This document shows, piece after piece, positions 19,050 to 28,390 of a stretch of 64,000 nucleotides of DNA; the stretch's first letter is position 1; each line of letters begins with the position of its first letter. The translations under genes were made by a program, and so were the position numbers. Source of the stretch: Thermoproteota archaeon (GTDB taxonomy: Archaea > Korarchaeota > Korarchaeia > Korarchaeales > Korarchaeaceae); assembly GCA_027491915.1 (NCBI GenBank), contig JAOZGC010000002.1, forward strand, positions 128,001 through 192,000. The letters run 5' to 3'. Under the pieces are notes generated by a model that was not told where the DNA came from, searched no databases, and was given only the letters and a program-made list of their open reading frames with translations.

Positions 19050-19998
19050 CCTCACCACCCTTCTCCGACAGCACCCGGGCCCAGGGATTGTCCCGGGCGA
19101 ACTCCTCTATCAACTCGAAGGATATTGAACCTTCCGGGGGCGGGATCACCGCCTCGTCTTCCTCCCCCCTCGAGGTCGCAGTGGTCTCCTCTCCCTCCGT
19201 AGGTCGTCCTCTGGCCCCCGCCACATCACGGACGATAGATCTCCCCGAAATCGGAGCCGTTCCGGCTCTCTCCCTCGGGAGGTTTTGGAAGCCTGCCAGA
19301 TCTGAATTGATCTCTTCCCACAACGGCGGGATGCGGTCGGCGGAGCGGACAGCGATCTCCCTGTCGGCCAGCAACTTGACTATGGTCTCCAATAGATCCA
19401 ACCTCTTCTCCAGAGACCTTAACCTCTCCCGGAAGAGCTCCTCTCGGGCGGCCCCTTCACCCACCTCTCTTCCCCCTCTCGGGGGCACCACCGAGACATC
19501 GGCCTGCCGCGCGTCAAATGGGAGCCCACGATCGGTCCCGCTGGCTCCCGGGACAGGCCTCACACCCGCCCTATCTCCCTGGAGGGACATCCTGTCGAGG
19601 CTGAGCAGTTGTCCCACAACCTCTCCCCTTACGGAGAGTGAAGAGAGACTCCTAAGCTGTATTCTATCGAATATTTGCCGGTAAGCGGGCCTCTCCCTTG
19701 CCTGCGCCTCTATGAACTCTCTTAGCTCCTCGAGCTCCTCCGGCCTGATCCAGACGTGTATGGCAGATAGCTTCAATCCCCTCCCCTTGGCGTCGGAGAG
19801 CAGGGCTGCGAGCCACCGCAGGAACTCCCTCCCGGCGTCCCCGTCGTATATCGCCGACGCCACGTTTATTCTCCTGCCTGCCTTCAGATCCAGACTGAGA
19901 TAGGCCGAGGCCTCGTCCGGACCCGGTTCCAGCACCTCGGCTTCTATACCGCGCTCCCTGTACCAGTGCATCAAGAGGTCCGCGGCCGAAATGGGCAA
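19039..19998 (-). CDS. Hypothetical protein with coiled coil and C-terminal DNPW motif, inserted between rps11 and rpoD
   Basis: 319-aa ORF filling the gap, TATA-like TTTATTATAA upstream, overlaps rpoD start; ends FARDNPWARVLSEKG. Confidence 0.75.
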   Translation of the reverse strand: MPISAADLLMHWYRERGIEAEVLEPGPDEASAYLSLDLKAGRRINVASAIYDGDAGREFLRWLAALLSDAKGRGLKLSAIHVWIRPEELEELREFIEAQARERPAYRQIFDRIQLRSLSSLSVRGEVVGQLLSLDRMSLQGDRAGVRPVPGASGTDRGLPFDARQADVSVVPPRGGREVGEGAAREELFRERLRSLEKRLDLLETIVKLLADREIAVRSADRIPPLWEEINSDLAGFQNLPRERAGTAPISGRSIVRDVAGARGRPTEGEETTATSRGEEDEAVIPPPEGSISFELIEEFARDNPWARVLSEKGGEDAD

Positions 19999-20037
19999 CC
20001 CTAACTCCTTTACCCCCAGACCGTTATAATAAATGAT

Positions 20038-20436
20038 TCAGACCCTCCTGCCCCTCCTGCCGTGGGGCCTGCGAGTCCCGTCGTGAGGTATCGGCGTGAC
20101 CTCCTCCACCCTTATTATCAGCATGCCGGATCTGGCCAATCCCCTTATTGCCGCCGCGGCGCCCGGCCCAGGTATCCTGCTCTTTATGCCCCCGGGAGCC
20201 CTAACCTTGACTATCAACTGGTTCACCCCCTTGGACAAGGCCTCCTTCGCGGCCGCCATGGCCGCCTTCAGGGCGGCGTAAGGGGATCCCTCGAGTCTGT
20301 CCGCGTCGACGAACATCCCTCCAGATGCCCTGGCTATGGTCTCCCCGCCGGTTACGTCTGTTATGTGGACTATCGTGTCGTTGAACGAGGAGTATATGTG
20401 GGCCACTCCAATCCTACCTTTCTTCGGCTGCGACAT
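20038..20436 (-). CDS. rps11: 30S ribosomal protein uS11
   Basis: [26 protein letters not shown]. Confidence 0.97.
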   Translation of the reverse strand: MSQPKKGRIGVAHIYSSFNDTIVHITDVTGGETIARASGGMFVDADRLEGSPYAALKAAMAAAKEALSKGVNQLIVKVRAPGGIKSRIPGPGAAAAIRGLARSGMLIIRVEEVTPIPHDGTRRPHGRRGRRV

Positions 20437-20986
20437 TCTCTATCTCACCTCCCACGACTCCCTCGGGGGTCTCTTGACCGGACTCGGTGGACTCTCCTCC
20501 CTCGGAGAGGCACGAGGGATGGCGACACTCTATCAGATCCTCCTCGTCCGACCTGACAAGATAACCGGGCTGCCTGATCCTCCTCCCGGCCACGTATATG
20601 TGCCCGTGAACCACAAACTGCCTGGCCTGATAGGGCGTCCTCGCGAATCCCTTCTGCCACACCAGGGTCTGGAGTCTCCTCTTCAGGAAGTCTTCGGCCG
20701 TCAGATCGAGGAGGCTGTCGACGGTTGCATCCTCGCCCAGCACCCCGAGCCTCCTGAGCCTCTCCATAACCGGCCTCAGCTTCCTCTCTGCCTCCTCCGG
20801 GCCGACGGCCAGATACTTCCTAACCAGCCGTCTATATCTCTTGGCCAGGTAGGCGGCCCTCCAGAGCTCCCTCTTGTTCCTTATTCCATAAATCCCAGCG
20901 AGCCTGTTGGTCTCTTCGAGCATGAATCTGTCCCATGGTTTGAGAGGTCTCTCATATTTCTTCCTTGGTTTCTTTGGATCTCCCAA
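20414..20986 (-). CDS. rps4: 30S ribosomal protein uS4
   Basis: [28 protein letters not shown]. Confidence 0.97.
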   Translation of the reverse strand: MGDPKKPRKKYERPLKPWDRFMLEETNRLAGIYGIRNKRELWRAAYLAKRYRRLVRKYLAVGPEEAERKLRPVMERLRRLGVLGEDATVDSLLDLTAEDFLKRRLQTLVWQKGFARTPYQARQFVVHGHIYVAGRRIRQPGYLVRSDEEDLIECRHPSCLSEGGESTESGQETPEGVVGGEIENVAAEER

Positions 20987-20998
20987 AGATGTCTCACC

Positions 20999-21448
20999 TC
21001 ACTTCTTCTTCTGGTACCCCACGGTCCGGCCCACCCTTCCAGTGGACTTGGTCCTCTGTCCCCTGACCTTCAAGCCGAGGTGATGCCTGATCCCCTTCCA
21101 AGAGCGGATCCTCTTCATCTTGGCTATATCCTGCTTTACCACGAACGCTATGTCGTCTCCCAGGAGGTGCCGCGTCTCTCCCGTCTCCGGATCAAACCTC
21201 CTGTTTTGCATCCAATCTGGGATGCCAAAGTCGGACGGCCTGCTTAGTATCTCCTCTATCCTGCTCACCTCTTCCTCCGTGAGCTCTCCCAGCAGCCTGT
21301 CGCCGGGGATGCCCGCCGCCTTGGTGACCGCCTCGGCCATCCTGAATCCCACCCCCTTTATGTGGGTAAGGGCCACCCTGAGGTGTTTCGTGCCATCCAG
21401 GGAGGTATTGGCGATCCTAACTATCCTCTTCATCTCCCTCTGGGCCAA
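20999..21448 (-). CDS. rps13: 30S ribosomal protein uS13
   Basis: IKGVG, WKGIRHHLGLKVRGQRTKSTGR. Confidence 0.97.
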   Translation of the reverse strand: MAQREMKRIVRIANTSLDGTKHLRVALTHIKGVGFRMAEAVTKAAGIPGDRLLGELTEEEVSRIEEILSRPSDFGIPDWMQNRRFDPETGETRHLLGDDIAFVVKQDIAKMKRIRSWKGIRHHLGLKVRGQRTKSTGRVGRTVGYQKKK

Positions 21449-21518
21449 CCGAGCTCTCCCCCTCACAGCGGACCTTCTCCTCTCTCCCCTTATTTAATGG
21501 TTGTCGGTGCCGTCCACG

Positions 21519-21607
21519 TGGCGCCGGGGGTGGGATTCGAACCCACGCGGCCCTCGCGGGCCACGGGCTCTCCAGGCCCGCCCCCTTCCGGGCTAGGGCA
21601 CCCCGGC
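21519..21607 (-). tRNA. tRNA-Ser(GGA), CCA encoded, no intron
   Basis: GCCGGGGTGCCCTAGCCCGGAAGGGGG CGGGC-CTGGAGA-GCCCG, long variable arm, GGTTCGAATCCC, GCCA. Confidence 0.96.
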
Positions 21608-21630
21608 CCAATCGTCGTCCGGATTTCACG

Positions 21631-22666
21631 TTATAAACTCTTTCTCTCCTCCCCCCCAGATCCCTTCGGCCAGACCCTGGGATAGATTCCCCTCTCCATT
21701 ATTATCCTCTCCGGGACCGCGGCCACCCCCCTCTCTAACGTGAGGACTTCCTTCGTTCTCCGGGACGCCCTGGCCGTCCCTATCACCTCTCCCTTGAGGG
21801 TTTTCAGGAGGACCCTCTGGCCGGGCGAGATCCCAGGACTGAGCATCGCCACTCCCCTAACCTTGAGGCTTGCCCCGTGGACCACGCTCTCGACTGCGGT
21901 ATCCTTAACCACCATGACCGGGAGATCGGGTAGGACCTCCTCCACCGGCCTGACCACCTTCCTCAGGAGATCCTCGTTACCATCCTCCCTCCAGATCCTG
22001 ACCGCCCTGCGCAGATCCTGCAGCGTAACGAGCTCCTTCTCCCCTATATCACCGACCCTCACCCGCCTGAGCTCCCTCATGCTACCTCCTACACCCATCA
22101 CTTCCCCTATGTCGTAGAACAGCTTTCTGATGTATGTTCCAGCCTCGACCTCGGCTCTTATCAGAAAGTATCTTCCGTCTATTTCATCCAACACCTCCAT
22201 AGAGAAGATCCTACGGACCCTGAGCCTCCTCGAGACCGCAGACTTCACTGGGGGTCTCTGATATATCGGGCCGATGAATTCCGAGAGGATGCGCCTTAGA
22301 TCGGAGACGTCCACCCTATCATGGAGGTAGAGAACTCCGACGTACTCCTTGCTTTCTCCCGCCACAAGATCGGCCAGTCGGGTCGCTCTTCCCAGAAGTA
22401 TCGGGAGGACTCCGGTCACCTTGGGATTTCCCCGGCGAGATCCCTAGGGTCCCGCAGTGACCCATTCGATCGATCCCCAGGATCCTCCCGACCCACCTGG
22501 TCACGGTGTGGGAAGTGGGCCCCCTGGGCTTGTCCAGCTTCACCACCCCGTACCTCAGTAGGAGGTCGGGCGGACGCTCGCCAGGGGGAAAGCCGTGGGG
22601 ACCCGGCTCGGCCTCCTCCCTGACGACCAAATCTCTGGGGAGCCAAGGATCGCCTCCCTTCATCAA
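21631..22666 (-). CDS. cbf5: H/ACA RNA-guided pseudouridine synthase Cbf5, split by a 16-nt intron (exons 22666-22444 and 22427-21631)
   Basis: LDKPRGPTSH and GHCGTL in one frame, PKVTGVLP...GTYIRKL...PUA domain in another; removing 22443-22428 restores GHCGTLDPKVTGVL. Confidence 0.93.
22428..22443 (-). other. Pre-mRNA intron of cbf5 with bulge-helix-bulge boundaries
   Basis: GGGA CCCU AG^G ... GGGG AA^A UCCC: 4-bp central helix, two 3-nt bulges, cuts after the second bulge nucleotide. Confidence 0.9.
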
Positions 22667-22947
22667 ATCTTCCCTCGCCCCGTTCCCTTAGAGAACTCTT
22701 CCAACAGATTCGCCTCGCGCAGGGCCTCCCTCACACTCTCGTCGTCGGCCCCCTCATCTATCTCCACCTTCTGCGGCAGCGGAACCAGGTGCCTGACGTT
22801 GACCTTCCGCCTCCTGACGCCTGATACGTCCTTCGGACCGGTCACCTCAACGAATTTTTCGTCCAGCACCCTGACTACCACGCACCTCCGGCCAGCGTCC
22901 CTCCCGGCTATCTTGACGCACACCCGGCCGATCTCCATTACCCCCAC
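22663..22947 (-). CDS. rpl14e: 50S ribosomal protein eL14
   Basis: EIGRVCVKIAGRDAGRRCVVV, VTGPK..SGVRRRKVN. Confidence 0.95.
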   Translation of the reverse strand: MGVMEIGRVCVKIAGRDAGRRCVVVRVLDEKFVEVTGPKDVSGVRRRKVNVRHLVPLPQKVEIDEGADDESVREALREANLLEEFSKGTGRGKI

Positions 22948-22961
22948 CGCACATTCCCCCC

Positions 22962-23249
22962 TCAAGACAGCGCGGCGGCGAGGTGGACCTTCCTGGCGCA
23001 CCTGGAGCAGAGGTATCCTCCAAACGGCCTGTTTGGCCTCCTCTCGCTCTTGGCCAGCTTGCGCATCTTGAACTTAGGTCCCGTGGGGGTGCCGGTCAGC
23101 GGCCTGCCGCACAAGGCGCACCTGGCCTTGGAGTGGACTTTGTGCCTGTATTGCACGACGACCCGCCCGCCGGGGGTTCGAACCCGGATAGCCCGCTTCT
23201 TTAGTCTTCTTCCCCTCCCCGGATCCTCCTTCCTCGCCAAACCGCCCAC
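22962..23249 (-). CDS. rpl34e: 50S ribosomal protein eL34
   Basis: VRTPGGR, CALC, RPNRPFGGYLCSRC. Confidence 0.95.
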   Translation of the reverse strand: MGGLARKEDPGRGRRLKKRAIRVRTPGGRVVVQYRHKVHSKARCALCGRPLTGTPTGPKFKMRKLAKSERRPNRPFGGYLCSRCARKVHLAAALS

Positions 23250-23288
23250 CGCCCACCTCGACTCAAGGGGCCTATTTAAGTCTCCCCC

Positions 23289-23783
23289 TCAATCCAGGGA
23301 CGTTCCAGCGATCCTCTGCAGGATCAGGGTGAAGAAATAGGAGGCCATTATGTAGTAGCCCAGGTATCCCACAACGTCCGGGGAGAACACAGTCTTCCTG
23401 ATCATGTCTATCATGGGGATCTCAAAGGGGAGCCTGACGACGGGCACCTCGTAGTAGATGCCCCTCAGCGCCCAGAATATCAGCAGCATCGGTATAGTCG
23501 TGTAGAGAAGCGGCCTGAAGGAGGCCCTGCTTATCTCCATCTGAGCCCGCTGATAGGCTGGCGTCATCTTCTCAACCTTCCTCTCTAATTTCTTATCTCC
23601 GGACAGGAGAGCCTTCCTCTTTAGTTCTGTATACTCCTTGACGATCTGCCTGTTCCTTCTCATCTTCTCGTAGTCTATCAACCTCCTGTTCAGGAGGATG
23701 GTCCCCGCCGAGATCCCCAGCGCCAGGACGGTCAGGAAGAGCACGGAGTATGGCGGGAAGAGGATGGCCCAGGCGAGATTCAA
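23289..23783 (-). CDS. DUF106 / EMC3-TMCO1 (Oxa1 superfamily) membrane protein
   Basis: TM, coiled coil (LIDYEKMRR), FRPLLYTTIP, TMs; downstream of secY. Confidence 0.85.
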   Translation of the reverse strand: MNLAWAILFPPYSVLFLTVLALGISAGTILLNRRLIDYEKMRRNRQIVKEYTELKRKALLSGDKKLERKVEKMTPAYQRAQMEISRASFRPLLYTTIPMLLIFWALRGIYYEVPVVRLPFEIPMIDMIRKTVFSPDVVGYLGYYIMASYFFTLILQRIAGTSLD

Positions 23784-23796
23784 ATCCTCAACCCCC

Positions 23797-25212
23797 TCAC
23801 TTGAGGCCGAGGAACTTGCTCAGTCCCGGATACAGCTCCAGGGCCCTCTCTCTGGCTATGACCTCGTAGAACGAGGCTATTATCGTGACGGCCAGCAGTA
23901 TTCCGCTTCCCGTACCCAACGCTCCACTGAAGTCTGCTCCGGCAGCAAGAAGCCCGACGAGGGCGCCCCCAGCTATGGTAACCGAGTTTATGTATCTCTT
24001 TATCGCATCGGCGACCGTCTTGTATCTGGACCTCCTCCCGGGCATCACCATCCCCTGGGCGATCAGCTGTCTGGCTACGCTCTCCGCGTCCATCCCAGAT
24101 GTTATCACCCACACCTCCGAGAACACTATGGAGAGAAGGACGAAAAGCAGTAGGTACACGAGCGCTCTCACGGGATCTGTGAATAGGATCTGCGGTCCCC
24201 TGGGGACTTGAACGTAGTACATCAGCCCCCCCGACGGATAGACCGTCCCAGTGTTGGGGTCAACCTCAAACGTCCCTAGCACGCTGGCCAGGAAGCCGAG
24301 CAGCTGATCCCCCGTCTCCCTGAACCTGTTCCACACTATGTTGGCGACTATGTTCAGGTCTCCATACAGGGCCTGGGTGAATATAATCGGTATGTTGCTC
24401 ACGTACAGGAGCCTCAGGGGGTACCTCACCCTCTGACCGCCGACCAGCGAGTGGGCTATTGGGACTTCTACCCTGACCTCGTAAGCCCATATGACTATCA
24501 AGAACACCACCAGGGTGGCTATCAGGCCAGCCAGGTCCGGGAGCTGTCCCCTGATCAGCGCGCCGGCTCCCTCCGTGAACAGGGCCGGCACTGCGCCTAC
24601 TAGGAATCCCTCCCTGGTGGTTAAGGGAGAGAACGCCTCCCAGAAAACCCTCTGAGACACTCCGGCCAGTATGAACAGACTTATCCCGCTGCCTATTCCC
24701 CACTTGCCCACCAGATCATCCAGCACCATCAGCAGGAAGGAGCCCAGGGCCAACTGGGCGGTCACGGAGAGGGCTGTCACAGAATCGAGGTATCCGTAGG
24801 ATCCACCCATCACGTATGCCGCGTTCTCGAAGAGAATGAAGAAGAGGGCGGCCACCCTCTGGGCCTGCTGGAAGTAGGTCCTGTTCTCCGGTTCGGTCAG
24901 ATCCAGGGGAATTATCCTGCTGCCTACCAGCAGCTCCAGCACTATACCCGCGGTCACCACGGGACCTATCCCCAGCTCTATGATGCTCCCCCTCGTCCCG
25001 GCGAAGATCAACCTGAGCTCGCTCAGTATGTCCCCCCCGGTCACCCTGACCCCGTATATGGGTATCTGAGCCATGATGTAGTACAGAATCAGGACCACGG
25101 CGCTCCACCCGAGCCTCTCCTTCAGCGATGGTCTCTGCTTTGGTTTCTCAACCTCTGGAATGACTCTGTTAATGGCCGAGATCGCCGACCTGAACACGCC
25201 CATCTCAGCCAC
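23797..25212 (-). CDS. secY: Preprotein translocase SecY
   Basis: ELGIGPVVTAGI, KWGIGSGISLFI, LLYVSNIP, GTGSGILLAV. Confidence 0.97.
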   Translation of the reverse strand: MAEMGVFRSAISAINRVIPEVEKPKQRPSLKERLGWSAVVLILYYIMAQIPIYGVRVTGGDILSELRLIFAGTRGSIIELGIGPVVTAGIVLELLVGSRIIPLDLTEPENRTYFQQAQRVAALFFILFENAAYVMGGSYGYLDSVTALSVTAQLALGSFLLMVLDDLVGKWGIGSGISLFILAGVSQRVFWEAFSPLTTREGFLVGAVPALFTEGAGALIRGQLPDLAGLIATLVVFLIVIWAYEVRVEVPIAHSLVGGQRVRYPLRLLYVSNIPIIFTQALYGDLNIVANIVWNRFRETGDQLLGFLASVLGTFEVDPNTGTVYPSGGLMYYVQVPRGPQILFTDPVRALVYLLLFVLLSIVFSEVWVITSGMDAESVARQLIAQGMVMPGRRSRYKTVADAIKRYINSVTIAGGALVGLLAAGADFSGALGTGSGILLAVTIIASFYEVIARERALELYPGLSKFLGLK

Positions 25213-25675
25213 CCGCCTGCTCCTCCACTGCCTCCACTATCTCCCCGCCAGCCTCGGCTATCTTCTCCGCGGCCTTCCTGCTGAACTCCCTCACCCGAAT
25301 CCTCATGGCGGTTCCGACCCTTCCGGCCCCTAGGAGCTTGTCGTATCCGGCCCTGGTCAGGTCGACAAGTAGGATCTCGCCCTCCCTCTTGGCCGTTCCC
25401 GACTCTATGAACTTCTCCAATCTGGACTCTATCTCGCCGACGTTTATTGTCTTTGGTTCTCTGGGGGAACCCGGCCTTCTGAACCCCCTGCGGCCGCGCC
25501 CAAAGTAGTCTGGCCAGTGGGCGGTGTACCAGGTCCACCCGTGCTTGTGTGACCCGGCGTTGCCGAATCCCCCTCCCCTTCCGCTCCTCCTGTGTTGCCT
25601 CTGAAGTCCGAATCCGTGTAGTCTGCTCCCTCTGAGCTTCCTGGACTTCTTCCTCCTCCTCGGGATGGTCCTCAT
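25205..25675 (-). CDS. rpl15: 50S ribosomal protein uL15
   Basis: RKLRGSRLHG, GRGGGFGNAG, KLLGAG, AAEKIAEAGG. Confidence 0.95.
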   Translation of the reverse strand: MRTIPRRRKKSRKLRGSRLHGFGLQRQHRRSGRGGGFGNAGSHKHGWTWYTAHWPDYFGRGRRGFRRPGSPREPKTINVGEIESRLEKFIESGTAKREGEILLVDLTRAGYDKLLGAGRVGTAMRIRVREFSRKAAEKIAEAGGEIVEAVEEQAGG

Positions 25676-25676
25676 G

Positions 25677-26174
25677 CTACATCATCCTCCTTAGGAGATC
25701 TTCTATCTCCCTCCCCCTGTATCCCAGCTCTCCGCCGGCTCGCCACCCCCTCTTGGTGCTCCTCTTAAATCCCCCTTTGGGGGGGCTCAGCCTGAAGTAG
25801 GGAAGTATCCAACGGAGCTTGTGAAAATTCAACCTTCCGCTGCAAATTGCCTCCGCCAACTCCCATATGCTCCCAAAATTGCTCTCCGATCGGACGACCT
25901 CGTCCGTGACTCTCCCCCCTCGCCTCAGCCTTCCCCTTCTGCTCAGGAGGAGAGCCACGGTCTCTGGCCCAACCTCGCCGTAAGTGGAGTAATCCTTCAC
26001 CTTCCTCAACATGCCAGCGTAGGATGGGGTCGGCTCCACGATGGTTGCCCAGAACTTCCGCCTGATGTGTAGCATCTCCAGGGTGGCCCTTATGTCCGGC
26101 TTTAACCCCGTCCTTCCCCTCAACCTGACGACCACTATGGGACTGGAATCGCTATCCCCCTCCGGGTCCATCAA
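25677..26174 (-). CDS. rpl30: 50S ribosomal protein uL30
   Basis: VVRLRG, GMLRKVKDY.TYGE, FRLSPPKGG, GELGYRG. Confidence 0.95.
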   Translation of the reverse strand: MMDPEGDSDSSPIVVVRLRGRTGLKPDIRATLEMLHIRRKFWATIVEPTPSYAGMLRKVKDYSTYGEVGPETVALLLSRRGRLRRGGRVTDEVVRSESNFGSIWELAEAICSGRLNFHKLRWILPYFRLSPPKGGFKRSTKRGWRAGGELGYRGREIEDLLRRMM

Positions 26175-26260
26175 GATCGCCTCCGTGGCAAGCCGCCATC
26201 GAGCGCCCCGGCGCGCCTAACGGCATGCCCGACCCAATCGGCTCTTCCACCCTAATATAG

Positions 26261-26911
26261 TTAACCGCCCTCCGGAGGCTGCGCTGTCCTCCAATCGGAG
26301 GGTAGGTGCATCTTCAAAAGCCTTTCGAGGGCGTCCATCACCGCGTAAGCGTAGTTCATCCTGTTTCTGGTCTCCCCCCTTGAGAATACCCTCACGTCCT
26401 TCAGTCCGCCCAGCGACAGTATGACCTTGCCCACCTCACTGGCCACCAGACCGAGCCCTCTGGGGGCAGGCATCAGGGTCACCCTGACGGAGCCAGACTT
26501 GCCGGTCACCGTTGCCGGTATGGAGTGAGGTCTCCCACATCCACACTCGAAGGACCCGCAGCCTTTTCTCACCTTGATCATGTTGAGCTTGGCATCCTTT
26601 ATCGCGTCTGATAGGGCCTCTCTGAACTCCCTTCCCTTGCCCCTTCCAACTCCCACATACTCCTGGCCGTCTCCGACCGCCACTATTATTCTGAGTTGGG
26701 TCATCTCACCGGCGTCCGTCTGCCTCTGAACCCTCCTGACCTCTATTATCTCCTCCTTTAGACCGGGCAGGAGGGCATCCACGATCTCTGGCTCCTTGAT
26801 TATGTAACCCTGCCTGAGAATCTCGTCCAGAGACCTTATCTTACCCTGGGCGACCGCCAACCCTAGCCTGGTCCTCGGAACCCACTCCTCCGTCTCTCCG
26901 ACCCTGCTCAA
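26261..26911 (-). CDS. rps5: 30S ribosomal protein uS5
   Basis: WVPRTRLG, KEPEIVD, GCGSFECGCGRPHS, PAPRGLGLV. Confidence 0.96.
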   Translation of the reverse strand: MSRVGETEEWVPRTRLGLAVAQGKIRSLDEILRQGYIIKEPEIVDALLPGLKEEIIEVRRVQRQTDAGEMTQLRIIVAVGDGQEYVGVGRGKGREFREALSDAIKDAKLNMIKVRKGCGSFECGCGRPHSIPATVTGKSGSVRVTLMPAPRGLGLVASEVGKVILSLGGLKDVRVFSRGETRNRMNYAYAVMDALERLLKMHLPSDWRTAQPPEGG

Positions 26912-27498
26912 GATCGCTCACCCCTCAGTCTCTCCAGCACAGAATCAAAAATTCGTCCCATATCGGTCGGATCCGCGCCGCCCTCGATGTAGCCAGAGAA
27001 CTGCCTCTTGTAGAGATCTTCCCTAGCTTCTCTCAATTCCTCAGCCCAGGAGGAGATGTGCTCCCCCCTAACCCTGTCATCGGCGGGCAGGACCTCCTCC
27101 GAGTGGGGGACTTGGAGGCCGGCGTCCAGGGCCCCCTTGAGGGCGGCGTACAATCTCGATCCTGGCGTTGACGGGAAGCGGCCGAGGTCCAGCACCGCCT
27201 CCCGATATCCGGCCCTCACGGCGCGCAGTCCGGCCAGATAGCCCGTGAGATAAGCGGCCGGCACGTTCTTTCCGGAGTACTTCCAACCGTACCTCGTCAG
27301 CTCCTTCGAGTGGGCTCCGACGATTGTCCTATCCCCCTTCGGATCGTACTCCACGAGCTGTACCGTTATGTACCTGTTGCTTCTTCTCACGACCAACCTA
27401 GGCATCCCGCTCTTGAGGAGGGCGAGGCGCTTCCTGTAGTCGGTCTTTCCCTCCCTCCTCCTCCTGAACTTGACCCTGTACCTGCCGGACCTGGCCAC
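26908..27498 (-). CDS. rpl18: 50S ribosomal protein uL18
   Basis: RRRREGKTDYRKRL, PRLVVRRSN, AAYLTG; GTG start 27498. Confidence 0.96.
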   Translation of the reverse strand: MARSGRYRVKFRRRREGKTDYRKRLALLKSGMPRLVVRRSNRYITVQLVEYDPKGDRTIVGAHSKELTRYGWKYSGKNVPAAYLTGYLAGLRAVRAGYREAVLDLGRFPSTPGSRLYAALKGALDAGLQVPHSEEVLPADDRVRGEHISSWAEELREAREDLYKRQFSGYIEGGADPTDMGRIFDSVLERLRGERS

Positions 27499-27500
27499 CT

Positions 27501-27941
27501 CTACCTCCCCCTCACTACGGACGACCTCAGGTGCGACACGGACGAATACATGCCCAGTCTCCTGTAGATCTTCCTGTAATCCGCCCTGGAGATCTTGCCG
27601 GAGTCTCTCAACTTCTTCAGCTCTCTCCTCAGCGCCCTGATCTTGTTGATCCACCTTCTCTTCCTGCTGAGCCTAGAGTACTTCCCTCCTTTCCTCCTCC
27701 CGGGCCCCCTTCTCCTGCCCCTCCTAACCCGGGCCCTGCTCACTCCTCTCTTGGGGGTGATCCTGATAAAGCCGAGTGAGATCATCTTCCTGACGTCCTC
27801 TCTCGTTACGGCCTCCCCTATCTCCACCAGCTTCCCCGGGTCGAGTCTGACCCTGCTCACCCCAACTCCGGCCACCTCGGCGGCCACCCTCTTCACGTAC
27901 CTGAGATCTCTAGGATTCACCTCCTCCTCGCCGACTGCCAT
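27501..27941 (-). CDS. rpl19e: 50S ribosomal protein eL19
   Basis: KRVAAEV.GVGVSRV, TREDVR, WINKIRALRR. Confidence 0.95.
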   Translation of the reverse strand: MAVGEEEVNPRDLRYVKRVAAEVAGVGVSRVRLDPGKLVEIGEAVTREDVRKMISLGFIRITPKRGVSRARVRRGRRRGPGRRKGGKYSRLSRKRRWINKIRALRRELKKLRDSGKISRADYRKIYRRLGMYSSVSHLRSSVVRGR

Positions 27942-27942
27942 G

Positions 27943-28356
27943 TCACTCCACCTCCTCCCTTACTCTCGCCTCAATTGGGTTGGCGATCCTCACCCCCATC
28001 TCCTCGGCGGCCTTCTGGAGGACCACGCGCTTCCTCTTGCCGACCGTGGCCCCGATGTAGACCATCCCATACCCCTCCTCTTTGGCCTTCCGGAGCTCCC
28101 CGACATTGTGGACGATGGTCCACCTGAATCCGGAAGGGTGAAGTCCTCGGATAGCCTCGGGATTCTTATATCCCACCCCAGGGAGCCTCGGCCTGCTCTT
28201 CAACCTGAGCCTCTGCTTGTTGTCTATTCCCCTGGGCCTGCGCCAGGACTTGACGGATCCGTCGTGCCACCACCTGGCCAGATTGATGAATCTGGGCTTC
28301 CTCCTCCTAATCTTCCGCCTCAGGAACCTAAGACGGGCCGATTTCTCCTCCCTCAT
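27943..28356 (-). CDS. rpl32e: 50S ribosomal protein eL32
   Basis: WRRPRGIDNK, RGLHPSG, VHNVGEL. Confidence 0.96.
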   Translation of the reverse strand: MREEKSARLRFLRRKIRRRKPRFINLARWWHDGSVKSWRRPRGIDNKQRLRLKSRPRLPGVGYKNPEAIRGLHPSGFRWTIVHNVGELRKAKEEGYGMVYIGATVGKRKRVVLQKAAEEMGVRIANPIEARVREEVE

Positions 28357-28390
28357 AAATCACCACACCTCAACCGCTCCCCTCCAACGG

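Noticed and set aside
18127-21607. tRNA introns or integration-site duplications at the two tRNAs
   Set aside because: Both tRNAs are uninterrupted; their shared 3' sequence (GCGTGGGTTCGAATCCCACCCCC) is ordinary T-arm similarity flanking core genes, not an att repeat
21631-22666. cbf5/truB as a frameshifted pseudogene or sequencing error
   Set aside because: The 16-nt insert has exact BHB geometry and its removal restores the catalytic motif, so an intron explains it better
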